Under the pieces are notes generated by a model. It saw only the letters and a list, made by a program, of their open reading frames with translations, did not search any database and was not told the origin of the DNA. This document shows positions 62,538 through 64,000 of a stretch of 64,000 nucleotides of DNA, one piece after another (the first letter of the stretch is position 1; each line of letters opens with the position of its first letter). The position numbers and the translations under genes are program-made. The DNA is from Candidatus Pacearchaeota archaeon (GTDB taxonomy: Archaea > Nanobdellota > Nanobdellia > UBA10117 > JAFCGA01): the NCBI GenBank assembly GCA_017608345.1, contig JAFCGA010000001.1, forward strand, positions 33,766 to 97,765. Direction: 5' to 3'.

Positions 62538-64000
62538 ATGACTCTCTTTCCTTTCAAAACCATCCGTCCAGAGCAAAATAAGCTAATTCAAGATATAGCT
62601 CAAGCTATCAAGGATGGCAAGAACATTATCACTCATGCTCCGACTGGGCTAGGAAAGACTGCTGCTGCTATAGCGCCAGCTTTAGAATATGCGTTAGAGA
62701 ATGATCTCACGGTTTTCTTTCTTACTTCGAGGCATACGCAGCATAATATTGTAATTGAAACTTTACAAAAAATAAACAAAATAAAACCAATCATAGCTGT
62801 TGATTTTATCGGCAAGAAAGGCATGTGCCCACAACTATATGGTTCAGATGCAAGGAAAATAAACTTTGTTGAATTCTGTAGCAAGCAAAGAAAAGAGGGA
62901 AGCTGCATACTTTACAAAAATACTCTCAATGGAGGCAAATATACAGACGAAGCGAGAGAGTTCGGCAAGATGTTCACGCGGGGCGAGCCGCTAAATGTTG
63001 AAGACGTTGTTTCAGACTGCCGGAATCAGTTCTGCGCGTATGAGCTATCCATGAAGATGGCTCAGAAGGCGAATGTGATTGTAGGAGATTACTATCATAT
63101 TTTTAGCCCGAAAATTCAAGCTTTCTTTCTTAACAAGATCAAAAAAGACCTTTCCGATGCGATTATTATCGTTGACGAAGCTCATAATCTAGCTGGACGG
63201 ATCAGGAACTTGCTTACGCGGAAAATCAATAGTTATACTCTAGCCAAAGCTGTAGAAGAGCTAGAAGAATTAGAGGAGGATAAATTCGCGAGCATAATCG
63301 TAGCGATCATTGATGAGCTTAAGATTCTAGCTAGGAATCGACTCTCAAATGAATCAGAGATACATATTAAGAAAGAAGAATTTATAGCTCTCGTAGAAAC
63401 TGCTGTAGGCAAGAAGTACTCGGAGTTTGTTGACGCGTTAGAGAAGCTGACGGATGATATTGAAGATCCTGACGAAGAGGATAACATCGGGACATTGCTA
63501 TTCTTCTTACGCAGCTGGCATGGGCCCGAAGAAGGCTTTGTTAGAATCTTCAAGAAGGAAAAGACGCGGCGTGGAAAAGAATTCTTCGGATTAGAGTATA
63601 ATTGTCTTTCGCCAAGCACTTTATCTAAGAGCGTATTCAATACGGTGCATTCCGCGATCCTGATGTCGGGTACTTTAGTCCCAACTGAGATGTATCGAGA
63701 TGTTTTGGGGCTAAGCAAAAGCACGATATTAAAAGTCTACTCGGATCCATTTCCAAAAAAGAATCGGCAAGTTCTGATATCCCCAGATATTACAACAAAA
63801 TTCACAGAACGGACTGAGCAGATGTTCAAGAAGATAGCTACATCTTGTGCTTATGTTATTAACAATGTCAATGGCAACTCAGCTGTCTTTTTCCCGTCTT
63901 ATGATATATTAAACAAGACTCTTCGTTTTCTGGAAGGGATTGCTAGCAAGAAACTATTCATCGAAGCCCGTGGAATGACAAAAGAAGAACGCTCAGAGCT
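62538..64000 (+). CDS. xpd: XPD/Rad3-family Fe-S DNA helicase, C-terminal part cut by the window edge
   Basis: The ORF runs off the right edge, so it is absent from the track. My translation is MTLFPFKTIRPEQNKLIQDIAQAIKDGKNIITHAPTGLGKTAAAIAP... It has DEAH box IIVDEAHNL and four Cys (GMCP, EFCS, GSCI, QFCAYE) in the Fe-S domain position. Confidence 0.85.
   Translation, partial: MTLFPFKTIRPEQNKLIQDIAQAIKDGKNIITHAPTGLGKTAAAIAPALEYALENDLTVFFLTSRHTQHNIVIETLQKINKIKPIIAVDFIGKKGMCPQLYGSDARKINFVEFCSKQRKEGSCILYKNTLNGGKYTDEAREFGKMFTRGEPLNVEDVVSDCRNQFCAYELSMKMAQKANVIVGDYYHIFSPKIQAFFLNKIKKDLSDAIIIVDEAHNLAGRIRNLLTRKINSYTLAKAVEELEELEEDKFASIIVAIIDELKILARNRLSNESEIHIKKEEFIALVETAVGKKYSEFVDALEKLTDDIEDPDEEDNIGTLLFFLRSWHGPEEGFVRIFKKEKTRRGKEFFGLEYNCLSPSTLSKSVFNTVHSAILMSGTLVPTEMYRDVLGLSKSTILKVYSDPFPKKNRQVLISPDITTKFTERTEQMFKKIATSCAYVINNVNGNSAVFFPSYDILNKTLRFLEGIASKKLFIEARGMTKEERSE

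Noticed and set aside
1-64000. Search for CRISPR arrays, rRNA genes, and transposase or integrase genes.
   Set aside because: No regularly spaced direct repeats, no rRNA-like conserved blocks and no recognisable transposase or integrase ORFs were seen. The repeats present are hairpin modules and not CRISPR-like.

Overview
This 64-kb window comes from a compact, gene-dense, moderately A+T-rich archaeal genome. The archaeal assignment rests on TFB, aIF5B, aIF5A, aRF1, ribosomal proteins S6e/S10/L1/P0/P1/L40e, FtsZ, HerA, NurA and an XPD-type helicase. The many short proteins and ORFans suggest a small-genome DPANN-like lineage, but that is inference only. Other housekeeping content includes MetRS, GluRS, TyrRS and ValRS, a bacterial-type GrpE-DnaK-DnaJ set, transporters (two APC permeases, a CPA2 antiporter with a CBS protein, a CaCA exchanger), MTAP and an FKBP. 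No rRNA genes, CRISPR arrays or transposases were seen. The most striking feature is the tRNA complement. All nine tRNA genes I could fold by hand are interrupted, with 15 inserts in total, mostly in the D- and T-loops and up to about 155 nt long, so two tRNA-Ala genes reach 302 and 346 nt. The inserts are built from a shared set of hairpin modules: a pyrimidine-tract/purine-tract hairpin followed by a second purine tract, and twin GGAA-type hairpins. Near-identical copies of these modules sit in different tRNAs, at different tRNA positions, and free-standing in intergenic spacers around ftsZ. Secondary observations: a three-gene ORFan cassette between infB and the L1 operon that contains a duplicated 21-bp promoter module; an extra ORF wedged between P0 and P1, with P0 lacking the usual C-terminal tail; gene-tail relics after an MBL-fold gene and a nucleotidyltransferase gene; a start-less Bro-N ORF inserted between dnaK and dnaJ; and a permease fused to a methyltransferase-like domain. 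All folds and homology calls were made by eye from the sequence, and nothing was run.
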